From the IMG/VR virus record IMGVR_UViG_2880987659_000002, positions 29-64,028 of that record: DNA of 64,000 bases. One strand, given 5' to 3'. Both the position numbers and the translations under genes were made by a program. The notes under the pieces were generated by a model. It did not search any database and had not been told where the DNA came from. It saw only the letters and a program-made list of their open reading frames with translations. Position 1 is the stretch's first letter, and each line of letters begins with the position of its first letter. Below are positions 1 to 8,120 of this stretch, piece by piece. This stretch comes from a virus (taxonomy: Duplodnaviria; Caudoviricetes).

Positions 1-506
1 ATCGCCCGTAGAAGCGCCCGAGCATCCCCTTCGGCGCGGTGGCTAGAAAGCGTGCGCTCGATCCATTCCATCGCATGGTATCGGACGGGATCGGGCAACT
101 CGCGGAGGAGAGCCTGCCAACTGCGCAGTTCGAAGGCGGGTTTGATATTTCCGGCCTCGAACAGCATCCCCATCCAATGGCGGTCGAATTCCAGGGCATC
201 GCACCACACGGTGCCGGCCCCAAGCCGAACATTCAGGGCCTTGGCAACCGCCGTTGGCGTTTCGGCATCGACAAGTTCCAACGTGTCGATGCCGTGGATC
301 AGGCTTGCGTGCTCATCCCAGTGTCCGTCCTCTTCCCATTCCTTCAGGGGACGAATGAGGGCGGACCAACTGGATATCGGCTCCCCATGTGAAGGCCATA
401 CGGCGATGCCGACTTCGATCGGATACCCGCCGTCCTCGAGCGAGCTGGCCTCGAAATCCAGTGTGCGGAGCGGCCATAGGCGGGCGATGGATTCGATCAA
501 AGGCAT
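1..506 (-). CDS. DEDDh 3'-5' exonuclease family protein (runs off the left edge; absent from the ORF track)
   Basis: Manual translation from ATG at 506: MPLIESIARLWPLRTLDFEASSLEDGGYPIEVG (ExoI DxE) ... WCDALEFD (ExoII) ... SHRAEGDARALL (ExoIII HxAxxD); no stop before position 1. Confidence 0.75.
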   Translation of the reverse strand, partial: MPLIESIARLWPLRTLDFEASSLEDGGYPIEVGIAVWPSHGEPISSWSALIRPLKEWEEDGHWDEHASLIHGIDTLELVDAETPTAVAKALNVRLGAGTVWCDALEFDRHWMGMLFEAGNIKPAFELRSWQALLRELPDPVRYHAMEWIERTLSSHRAEGDARALLRA

Positions 507-555
507 TCCTCCGAGCACTGATTGAATCGTTGTGATCATATAGCGCCGATAGCAT

Positions 556-1104
556 CTATGGCGCAGCGACCCGGGAAATGGTCGCCTTGCTTACCCCCAT
601 AATGCGGGCAATGTGCCGGACGCTTTCACCCTCTGCCTTCAAGCGGGACACGTAGGCCTGCTGATCGGGCGACAGCTTGGGTTTGCGGCCGAACTTGATG
701 CCGCGTGCCTTTGCCCGCGTACGGCCTTCCCCGGTGCGCGTACGGATGAGTTCACGCTCGAACTCTGCCAGCCCTCCGAGAATGGTGAGCATCAGGCGCC
801 CGTGCGGGGTCGTCGTATCGGCCCATGCGTCCGATATCGAACGGAATGTCGCGCCCTTTTCGGCGACCTCTGCCAGGACATTCAGAAGGTCGCGTGTCGA
901 GCGGGCGAGGCGGTCCAGGCGCGTAACGATCAGAACATCACCGGGCTTGAGCTTCGCGAGACATTTGCGCAATTCACGGCGCTCGGTCTTCGCGCCGCTG
1001 GCTGTCTCGGAGTAAATAACCTGGCACTCTGCAGATTTAAGGTGCGCAATCTGACTATCTAAAGACTGACCATCGGTTGATATGCGCGCGTATCCGTAAA
1101 TCAT
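556..1104 (-). CDS. Serine recombinase (resolvase/invertase family) with C-terminal HTH
   Basis: MIYGYARISTDGQ catalytic Ser motif, VTRLDRLARS, FERELIRTRT, GRKPKL; likely start ATG at 1104. Confidence 0.95.
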   Translation of the reverse strand: MIYGYARISTDGQSLDSQIAHLKSAECQVIYSETASGAKTERRELRKCLAKLKPGDVLIVTRLDRLARSTRDLLNVLAEVAEKGATFRSISDAWADTTTPHGRLMLTILGGLAEFERELIRTRTGEGRTRAKARGIKFGRKPKLSPDQQAYVSRLKAEGESVRHIARIMGVSKATISRVAAP

Positions 1105-1140
1105 GAATTCAATATAATAAACTTCAGTTCTTATGCAATA

Positions 1141-1173
1141 AAAAAGGCAAGTCATCAAATGATGACTTGCCTT
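1141..1173 (-). terminator. Intrinsic terminator after the 68-aa ORF
   Basis: Perfect 13-bp stem AAGGCAAGTCATC/GATGACTTGCCTT with a 4-nt loop, followed by a U-run on the minus strand. Confidence 0.75.
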
Positions 1174-1177
1174 AGCT

Positions 1178-1384
1178 TCACTCGCTCTCCATCCACTCGA
1201 TAAACTGCTCCCAAGTCACGGCGACGCCGCTCTCTCGTCTGCTCTTACCTTTTGCCCAGATCAGACCCGTGCGAGTTAGATACACATCGCCCAGCAGCTG
1301 ACCATCATTGTCGTTCACTTGGAATTCGATACCTTTGTTCTTCACTTCGAGTTCGACGTGAAAATCCTTGATGACAACTTTCAT
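1178..1384 (-). CDS. Small hypothetical protein (68 aa, beta-rich)
   Basis: Protein-like composition, GGAG upstream of the start, followed by a terminator. Confidence 0.7.
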   Translation of the reverse strand: MKVVIKDFHVELEVKNKGIEFQVNDNDGQLLGDVYLTRTGLIWAKGKSRRESGVAVTWEQFIEWMESE

Positions 1385-1573
1385 ATCAACAACCGCTCCC
1401 TCAACGCCTGATTGTGAGAGGGAGTTTTAAGGCGCTCGGGAAAAAACGTCATTGTCTAGGTTCAGTTTGCGCGCGTCCTATCCACAGGCGCGTAAAGACC
1501 CTTTTGCTCGCATTTTCTTCTATTTCGTGCGTTATATCGCGCTTAAGAGGAAGCATGACCTCCGGGAGCAACA

Positions 1574-2086
1574 ATGACCGACGCTGAGTATGATGAAGAG
1601 GCCGAGTTCGAGCAGCTAGCCAAGCGCGCTCAAGAGCTCAAAGCGACCGATCACTCGGCGCGCGTCTTCTTCGAGGTTATGGCCCAACGCGAGCGGGATC
1701 CGTCAGCCACGAGCATCGAGAACCTAGCGAAGATCATCCGGTCTGACCGTGCTGCGGCTGTTGAATTAGCTCGCGCGTTTCAAGATGCCCAGTTCGGGAA
1801 GTTTATTGTCGGCCGGCGGGGAAGTGTTTCCCGCTTCGAATGGTGGTGGAGCGCAACAAGCCTGGCGCAGGTGGCGCTTGGGACGGACACCGATATCCCA
1901 CGCGTTGATCCCACCCAGGCCGGAGATGACGAGGCGAGTGAGGAGGCCCGGGAAAAGGACGGCGACGAAAAGCCAGTGCGCACGCCTTCACCGCCTCTCA
2001 TGTTGACCATTCCCCAAGCCAAGGAAGCGCTGTCGCGCACGTTGGGTGTACCGGTCGAGAGCATCGAGATTATCATTCGCGGCTAA
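1574..2086 (+). CDS. Hypothetical protein, possible winged-helix N-domain
   Basis: GGGAG RBS; FGKFIVGRRGSVSRFEW wing-like segment, acidic linker, C-terminal LTIPQAKEALSRTLGVPVESIEIIIRG. Confidence 0.7.
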   Translation: MTDAEYDEEAEFEQLAKRAQELKATDHSARVFFEVMAQRERDPSATSIENLAKIIRSDRAAAVELARAFQDAQFGKFIVGRRGSVSRFEWWWSATSLAQVALGTDTDIPRVDPTQAGDDEASEEAREKDGDEKPVRTPSPPLMLTIPQAKEALSRTLGVPVESIEIIIRG

Positions 2087-2093
2087 TGCGCTA

Positions 2094-2741
2094 TCAGGCG
2101 CCTATTCGCTTCTTGGAACGTCTGGGCAGCCTCCTGCACGCCTCGTCATAGCCTTTGTCCGTTGGATTAACGGTGGTCTTGCGCTCTTCGGGCAGGACAA
2201 GAATGGTGTCCATGGAGAGCTTGTTTCCCACGGTTTTGAAAGCGTATTCAGTCATGTAGTCGGGCGTATGGACCACACGCCCGACCCACAGACGGGCAAT
2301 GTGCGTCTCATCGATAAGCTGATCATGATTGGCTTTGGCCCACAGGTGGAATTTGCGCTTGAACCGCGACACAGGCGGCTGAAGAAACATTGCGTGAAAA
2401 TGCAGCCCATCATTGATCGAGACATCTTGAATGCTCGATTTTTCCGTCTTGGGTACGGGTAGATCAGGGGCCGCGAGCATGATTGGGAGCTTATTGCGCT
2501 CCCGAATATCGTTGGGACGATGGGCGAAGCGGGTGACGATGCGGCTGTAGAAGCGCCGAATATCCCCTTGGGCGAGCGGTATAAAATTCTCCTTAGGAGA
2601 AAAACTGACAGGCTGAAACATGAAGCTCAGAAAGAAGGGCTTGTATCCTTGATCCACGAGAGCCTTTACCCATTCTCCGTATGAGCGGCGAAGTCTATTC
2701 GAGTTAAAGAAGTCGCTCTGATTAAAAACGCTTTTGTACAT
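2094..2741 (-). CDS. Putative HUH-superfamily endonuclease (rolling-circle Rep-like)
   Basis: Motif I-like FFLSFMF, HUH motif GLHFHAMF, motif III-like YMTEYAFK (YxxK), in the canonical order. Confidence 0.6.
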   Translation of the reverse strand: MYKSVFNQSDFFNSNRLRRSYGEWVKALVDQGYKPFFLSFMFQPVSFSPKENFIPLAQGDIRRFYSRIVTRFAHRPNDIRERNKLPIMLAAPDLPVPKTEKSSIQDVSINDGLHFHAMFLQPPVSRFKRKFHLWAKANHDQLIDETHIARLWVGRVVHTPDYMTEYAFKTVGNKLSMDTILVLPEERKTTVNPTDKGYDEACRRLPRRSKKRIGA

Positions 2742-2867
2742 ACGGATAATACCCCAGTCTGTATCAAATATTTCATCTGATCAATGTAATAAAGGCACTG
2801 TCGTGCAATGATTATAGAGATCACATTCAACAATTGATCTATTTACGAATGGCTCCTCATGGCTCCT

Positions 2868-2937
2868 ATGCAAATCACATCTATTATTCACATATTAAAT
2901 ACAGTAAATTTATGTGAATAATAGATGTGATTTGCAT
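2868..2937. repeat. Perfect 27-bp inverted repeat with a 16-nt AT-rich spacer
   Basis: ATGCAAATCACATCTATTATTCACATA (2868-2894) and its exact reverse complement (2911-2937). Confidence 0.95.
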
Positions 2938-3080
2938 GTCGGGGCATGTGCTTCCGCGTCTCCTGCGAAGACGGGGTCGGGCGCGGAATCCGGATTGCCT
3001 TGAAACTGCGTTTTAGGCCGACAACATACTTAACAAGATCGCTCAAAAGACCCTAAGGGCCACAAAAGGCGGGCCTAAAC

Positions 3081-3112
3081 AAAAAAAAGGCCCCTCCCGA
3101 GAGGGAGGAGCC
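3081..3112 (-). terminator. Intrinsic terminator after the 198-aa ORF
   Basis: 10-bp GC stem (one mismatch on +, G-U pair on -) with a 4-nt loop, followed by U8 on the minus strand. Confidence 0.85.
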
Positions 3113-3138
3113 GAGCATCAGTTCCGGAATTTTCCTTT

Positions 3139-3735
3139 CTAGACGCTCTCTGATTTTATCAGTTTCGTCACCTCGAACAGAGAGCGGGATTTATCGATCA
3201 ATGTGGCGTAGATCTGAACCTGCTGTCCGATCTCGTATTTTTCGATGCGCTTTAGGCGCTTCTCGTCAAAGGTGAATTTCACCGCCGCCGGCTTCGAAGG
3301 CGAGGCCTTTTGACGAACTTGGCGAGGATCCATCTTGGCAGCCTCCTCGGCTATTTTCTTGTAGCCGCCGCGGAGCGCGATTTCGCGAGGCATATCGGCA
3401 AAAGACACCTCCTGATGCTGATGCAAATATTCAGCGCAGCGAGCGCGTGAGGCGGCAAGTTGATACGCTTGCTGAGATCTTGCGTTCGCCATATACATCA
3501 TAGCCGCATGAATTGTATTCTTCGGTGGATGGACTCCATTCCAGAATTTCTTGCGCTTGAACGCGTCCAGATGCTTCTCTTCGCTCTGCAGGGCGTAGCC
3601 AATCTCTGCTGCCTCCGCGATGAGTTCTCGCACCTGATTGCGGTAACCCAAATTTGCTGAATTGTAACGCTTGCGAAGTGCCTCCAGAAGCTTGAGAGGC
3701 CCGCTCGAGTATTTGGTTGTGGACTGCTTCTTCAT
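3139..3735 (-). CDS. Hypothetical protein (198 aa, basic)
   Basis: Starts 4 nt after the alpA stop and ends at a terminator; no recognised family. Confidence 0.7.
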   Translation of the reverse strand: MKKQSTTKYSSGPLKLLEALRKRYNSANLGYRNQVRELIAEAAEIGYALQSEEKHLDAFKRKKFWNGVHPPKNTIHAAMMYMANARSQQAYQLAASRARCAEYLHQHQEVSFADMPREIALRGGYKKIAEEAAKMDPRQVRQKASPSKPAAVKFTFDEKRLKRIEKYEIGQQVQIYATLIDKSRSLFEVTKLIKSESV

Positions 3736-3739
3736 CTTT

Positions 3740-3946
3740 TCACTCCTTCACGTCAGGATTAATGAGGGCAAGGATTTCGCTTTCACGCCAAACGCGGAGG
3801 CGCTGTCCGATGTGGACGGGGCGCGGAAATCTGCCGTCCTTGATGCCACGCCACCACGTGGCACGAGACACCGGAATTGGGCCTTCGGGGCCAATCACCT
3901 GCTGAAGGCGAAGAAGGCGCACGGAAGTGTTGGAGGCAGTTTTCAT
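3740..3946 (-). CDS. alpA: AlpA family regulator / recombination directionality factor
   Basis: LLRLQQVIG...VSRATWWRGIKDGRFPRPVHIGQRLRVWRESEI is a typical AlpA signature. Confidence 0.9.
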   Translation of the reverse strand: MKTASNTSVRLLRLQQVIGPEGPIPVSRATWWRGIKDGRFPRPVHIGQRLRVWRESEILALINPDVKE

Positions 3947-4215
3947 CGCGAGCTCCGGATTTGGGGTGCACGAGGCCGTTCGCCGCAAAGGCGTTTTTCA
4001 AGCCGCATGTGTCGGGGATTGGCCACGTGGGCCGGGAGAGGGCGGGTTTTCCTGATCAGGGAAGATGGCCCGCTAAGGTCCTTGTTGTGCGCTTAGGGGG
4101 CGTTTAGGATGCAGTCATATCAGGCCTTTCCAATGGGATAAAATCATCCCATATGAATTCTTATAAGCCCATATAACCGCTTTTCAAGCTTAAAATTTAA
4201 AATGCCCAAAAAATC

Positions 4216-5424
4216 TCATTCCGTCGGCGATCTTATTTTCAGTGCCCGAAAATCATCCAGCATGTCCGCCCAAGCCTGCATCATCGCGACGCGCTCCGGC
4301 CAGTAGGTGGCGCGGTTATAAGCGCGCCGCACGGCATTGGGCTCCACATGCGCCAAGGCCGCTTCGATCACGTCCGGAGGGAAGCCGCGCTCGTTCAAGA
4401 TCGAGCTCGCCGTGGCCCGGAAGCCGTGCGCCGTCATCTCATCTTGCGTGAAGCCCATGCGCCGAAGGGCGCTATTGAAGGCGTTCTCGCTCAACGCTTT
4501 CTTATGCGAGCGGATCGAGGGGAACACGAGTTCGCTGGTTCCCGTGATGGGGTAAAGGTCGTCGAGCACCTGTATCGCTTGGCGAGACAGCGGCACCAGA
4601 TGCGGCCGGCGCATCTTCATCCGATGCTCCGGGATCGTCCATACCCCCTTCTCGAGGTCGATTTCCTTCCATCTTGCGCCGCGCACCTCTCCTGGCCGGC
4701 AGAAGGTCAGTGCGTTGAACAACAGCGCAGCGCGGACGGAGGGCCAGCCGGTATAGGTATCGATGGAGCACAGAAGGGCTCCAACGTCTTTTGGCTCGAT
4801 GAGCGCGGCCCGATGCACCACCTTTGGAGGGCGAAGAGCGCCGCGTAGAGACGCTGTCGGGTCTGATTCCGCGCGCAAGGTCGAGATGGCAAGGCGGAAC
4901 ACGCTGCCGATGGTCGAGCGAAGGCTCCGGGCTGTCTCCAGCCTACCGCTGCGCTCGACGCTCTGGAGAACACTCAGCACTTCCACAGGTGTGATGTGCG
5001 AGATTGGGCGATTGCCCAATGCCGGGCCGGCCAGTTTCTCGAGGAACCATCGGTTCTTTGTCAATGTCGCCGGTGCGCAGCCCTTGGCGCTAAGTCTCTC
5101 GAGATACTCCGCCGCAATGAGACCGAAGGTGTTCTCGGCCGTCGCAGCCGCTTCGATCTTGGCCTTCTGCCGAACAACCGAGGGATCTTCGCCGTCCGCG
5201 AGGGCGCGTTTGGCTTCGTCGCGTTTTTGTCGGGCGTCGGCGAGGGAGATAGTGGGGTAAGGGCCGAAGGAGAGCTGTTTTGCCTTCCCCGCGAAGCGGT
5301 AGGCGAGGCGCCAGAGGCGGCTGCCGGAGGGGGTAACGAAGAGGAAAAGACCCCCGCCATCGAAAAGCTTATAGGCCTGTTCCTTCGGCTTGGCGTTTCG
5401 AATGGCGATGTCGGTGAGGGGCAT
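4216..5424 (-). CDS. int: Tyrosine integrase, P4 family with N-terminal arm-binding domain
   Basis: MPLTD..KLFDGGGLFL..GSRLW arm domain; catalytic R (CRPGE), K (MKMRR), HGFR, LAH, Y (RAYNR). Confidence 0.95.
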   Translation of the reverse strand: MPLTDIAIRNAKPKEQAYKLFDGGGLFLFVTPSGSRLWRLAYRFAGKAKQLSFGPYPTISLADARQKRDEAKRALADGEDPSVVRQKAKIEAAATAENTFGLIAAEYLERLSAKGCAPATLTKNRWFLEKLAGPALGNRPISHITPVEVLSVLQSVERSGRLETARSLRSTIGSVFRLAISTLRAESDPTASLRGALRPPKVVHRAALIEPKDVGALLCSIDTYTGWPSVRAALLFNALTFCRPGEVRGARWKEIDLEKGVWTIPEHRMKMRRPHLVPLSRQAIQVLDDLYPITGTSELVFPSIRSHKKALSENAFNSALRRMGFTQDEMTAHGFRATASSILNERGFPPDVIEAALAHVEPNAVRRAYNRATYWPERVAMMQAWADMLDDFRALKIRSPTE

Positions 5425-5425
5425 G

Positions 5426-5574
5426 TGTAGGCATCTCAAATCGGCCCGAAGCCGCGATGCCTACAAAAATGCCTACAAATTTCTGAGATGCAACGGCAGG
5501 CCATGCGCGCGTGTGAGGCTCTGGGAGACGCTCAATTCATTGATTTTCCAGAGAAATGAGATTTTCTGAGATGC
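5426..5574. repeat. Putative integrase arm-type sites
   Basis: ATGCCTACA at 5457-5465 and 5469-5477, inverted copy at 5426-5434; TTCTGAGATGC at 5481-5491 and 5564-5574; all lie between int and the att core. Confidence 0.65.
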
Positions 5575-5589
5575 CCTGAGGCAAGAAAT

Positions 5590-5634
5590 TGGAGCGGGCG
5601 ATGGGAATCGAACCCACGACATACAGCTTGGGAA
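5590..5634 (-). other. att core: 3' half of tRNA-Gly(CCC), not an intact tRNA
   Basis: Minus strand TTCCCAAGCTGTATGTCGTGGGTTCGATTCCCATCGCCCGCTCCA contains the CCC anticodon loop, T-arm and CCA end; the upstream sequence has no D-arm or 5' acceptor strand. Confidence 0.9.
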
Positions 5635-5697
5635 AAGGGCGACAAACGTTGATCTAGCTTCTTCACGTTCCCCATGGCGTCTCCGGCAAGGAGACAC

Positions 5698-5931
5698 ATG
5701 GGATTGCGCGGGATTAAGCGGGATAAGGCGGGACGCGGCAAACAGCGAGCGAAGGCAAGGCGTGATACGTCAGGACTCTCCTACGCAGTTTATGATGGTC
5801 ACGTCCATCTGGGGACCGTTCTAGGACGACGTGCTGGCGGCTTCGACGCGCGCTCCGCAAGTGGTGGTCGCCTTGGCCATTTCGATTCGATCAAGGCGGC
5901 GGCCGATTGCGTTGGCCGAGGTGGCCAATGA
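5698..5931 (+). CDS. Small phage-type hypothetical protein
   Basis: AGGAG RBS before ATG 5698; ATGA-coupled to the next gene. Confidence 0.55.
   Translation: MGLRGIKRDKAGRGKQRAKARRDTSGLSYAVYDGHVHLGTVLGRRAGGFDARSASGGRLGHFDSIKAAADCVGRGGQ
5700..5734. repeat. Four GGGA(T) units at an exact 10-bp period
   Basis: G|GGATTGCGCG|GGATTAAGCG|GGATAAGGCG|GGAC. Confidence 0.6.
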
Positions 5932-6674
5932 GCGTCGTCTCGGCCGTGCACGTCATGCGAAACCGCGTTGATGCGGCCAGCGTGAAGGATCTGGATCTCG
6001 TCGCCCGTGATATGTGGCGGGCGCTGACACGAGGAGAAATCTCCGACGAGGAGGCCGCGGAGATCGATGCCCAGATCAGCGGTCGGCGCGAGAAGCACGC
6101 CTACTCACCCGTTCCAAATCGTCTTGTCCTGAGCAGATTCAAGCCTCGGCAGCGGCAGCGGTCGCCTGACCGGCAGGCGTCGCGCGACCGGCGGCGACGC
6201 CTGGGCGGTTCCAGTGTTCTGCCCGATAGCCTGCGCCATCATTACACCGAGGGGCAGCGCGCCGTTCTCTGCATCGTGGCAGGGGAGATCAAGCACCACG
6301 GCATCTGTGATCTCCCGATCGACAAGATAGCGGCGCTCGCAGGTGTGTGCCGGACTACGGTGCAGACGACGCTCCATGAGGCGCGGCGGCTCGGCCACAT
6401 CAGGATCACTCACAGGCCGCGGCGCGGCCAGAAGAGCCTCCCGAACCTCGTTTCGATTGTCTCGACGGCTTGGCTCGCCTGGTTGAAGCGTGGCCCCTCA
6501 GCTCACCGGCCGACAGGGTCCAGTTTGCTTTCGCCGGTCAAAAAAGTGAGCCCCACGAAGAGCATAGAGGGCCTTCAAGAAAGGGCATTGAGATCGACGA
6601 ATGCGCTCCAGGCACGGCAAGGAACGCTGGGGTTGGGGACAGATCCGCGTCGTGGAGGGCTGCAGCCTGAATGA
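5928..6674 (+). CDS. HTH protein, putative replication initiator
   Basis: CDLPIDKIAALAGVCRTTVQTTLHEARRLGHIRITHR HTH followed by a basic, low-complexity C-terminus. Confidence 0.6.
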   Translation: MSVVSAVHVMRNRVDAASVKDLDLVARDMWRALTRGEISDEEAAEIDAQISGRREKHAYSPVPNRLVLSRFKPRQRQRSPDRQASRDRRRRLGGSSVLPDSLRHHYTEGQRAVLCIVAGEIKHHGICDLPIDKIAALAGVCRTTVQTTLHEARRLGHIRITHRPRRGQKSLPNLVSIVSTAWLAWLKRGPSAHRPTGSSLLSPVKKVSPTKSIEGLQERALRSTNALQARQGTLGLGTDPRRGGLQPE

Positions 6675-6727
6675 GATCGCTTTCGAGGGGTTCGCTGCCC
6701 TCAAATACCGCCCAAACGCCTGGGATA

Positions 6728-6812
6728 GGGGGGGTGGTGCACGACCTCGGGCCTCGCATCAGGACCGGTGAGGTCCCGCCCGTGCGTGATATGCACCATA
6801 TGGTGTTTTTTC
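6728..6812. other. Candidate cos/packaging site
   Basis: G7-TGGT run, GACCGGT, perfect palindrome CACCATATGGTG (6794-6805) and a T-run; resembles cos regions of HK97-type phages by pattern only. Confidence 0.3.
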
Positions 6813-6926
6813 TGATGAAGGTCAAAAGGTTATTGGCTATTCGATGTTTAGTCAAGTTCTTTTTGGCATAAATTGGCACAAGCATCCGTCTAGATGCGGA
6901 GATTTACAAGGCGCATACAATTATGG

Positions 6927-8120
6927 ATGCGCAACCCATTCAAAGTGCTACGCGGCTTCTTCGACACAAAGTCTCTGGCGCTGCCGGAGGCCGATCTTCT
7001 TGCGCTGTTTGGCTCAGGCTCCCAGACTGCCGCCGGTGTAGCCGTTGGCCCCGGCAATGCGCTCACCGTGCCGGCGGTTGCATGCGCCATACGTGTCATT
7101 TCCGAAGCGGTCGCGACCCTTGATGTGCGTGTCGTCCAACGCGGAGACGACGGCACGGAACACGACGTTCCCGATCATCCTGCCTGGGCCTTGCTGCGCG
7201 ACGCTGCCAATGATTGGACGGACGCCTTCAGTTTCCTCCGTGACCTGACCGCTCAGGCGCTCATCTATGATGCTGGTGGGCTCGCATGGGTTAATCGCGT
7301 GGACGGGCGGCCTGTCGAGGTCATCCACTATCAGCCGAGCTACCTGACGGCGCAGGACGATGGCACGGGCACGGGTGCCTTCCGGTACACCCTGAACGGC
7401 CGGGATGTTCCGGCCGAAGATATCATTCACCTGAGGAGCCCCTTCGGCCGCTCTCCGCTCAGCCTCGCACGTGAGAGCATCGGGCTGGCCTTGACGTTGG
7501 ATGCCCACGCGGCCCGGCTGTTCGGCAACGGTGCCCGGCCCTCCGGCGTTCTGTCGCTGAAGGAGCGGGTTACGCCCGATGCGATCAAGCGCATTCGCGA
7601 TTCCTGGCAGCTCGCTCATGGCGGTGGAAAGTCCGGCGGCACGGCGATCGTGGAGGGAGGCGCCGAATACGCGCCCCTCACGATGTCATCCACCGACGCT
7701 CAATTCCTCGAGCTGACGCGGTTTCAGATTCTCCAGATCGCGCGTCATTTCCGTGTGCCCGTGACGATGCTCCAGGATCTGGAGCGAGCCACCTGGAGCA
7801 ACATGGAACAGGCTGGTCAGGAGTTCCTCGTCTATTGCCTTGAGCCGTGGCTGCGCGCCCTTGAGGGATGCCTCCGGCGTGCATTGTTCACAGCGGATGA
7901 ATTCCCTTCTCACCGAGTGGTTTTTGATCGCGATGACCTCACGCGCGCCGACATTGGAGCGCGTGCGACGGCTTACAGTTCGCTCATCGCGAGCGGCGTG
8001 CTGAACGCCAATGAGGCCCGGGCCTGGGAGGGACTGCCAGCCCGAGAGGGCGGCGATGCCTTTGGCAACCCCTTCACATCTACGCCTACCGGGGCCGCCA
8101 CGGTGCAGGGAGGCGCCTGA
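6927..8120 (+). CDS. Phage portal protein, HK97 family
   Basis: VPAVACAIRVISEAVATL, FGNGARPSG, DAQFLELTRFQILQIARHFRVP, NANEARAWEGL. Confidence 0.95.
   Translation: MRNPFKVLRGFFDTKSLALPEADLLALFGSGSQTAAGVAVGPGNALTVPAVACAIRVISEAVATLDVRVVQRGDDGTEHDVPDHPAWALLRDAANDWTDAFSFLRDLTAQALIYDAGGLAWVNRVDGRPVEVIHYQPSYLTAQDDGTGTGAFRYTLNGRDVPAEDIIHLRSPFGRSPLSLARESIGLALTLDAHAARLFGNGARPSGVLSLKERVTPDAIKRIRDSWQLAHGGGKSGGTAIVEGGAEYAPLTMSSTDAQFLELTRFQILQIARHFRVPVTMLQDLERATWSNMEQAGQEFLVYCLEPWLRALEGCLRRALFTADEFPSHRVVFDRDDLTRADIGARATAYSSLIASGVLNANEARAWEGLPAREGGDAFGNPFTSTPTGAATVQGGA

Larger units (their letters stand above)
1..5589. mobile_element. Integrative island 1 (P4-type integrase, AlpA, HUH protein, resolvase); left end outside window
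   Basis: Integrase directly downstream of a tRNA-Gly 3' fragment, with alpA and a resolvase; no capsid genes in the visible part. Confidence 0.8.

Noticed and set aside
556-1104. Resolvase as a Gin-like invertase for tail-fibre switching
   Set aside because: It lies in a different element, more than 22 kb from the fibre genes, and no inverted gix-like repeats or alternative fibre ends were seen.
5590-5634. Intact tRNA-Gly gene
   Set aside because: The 5' half (acceptor strand and D-arm) is missing, so it is treated as an att duplication.
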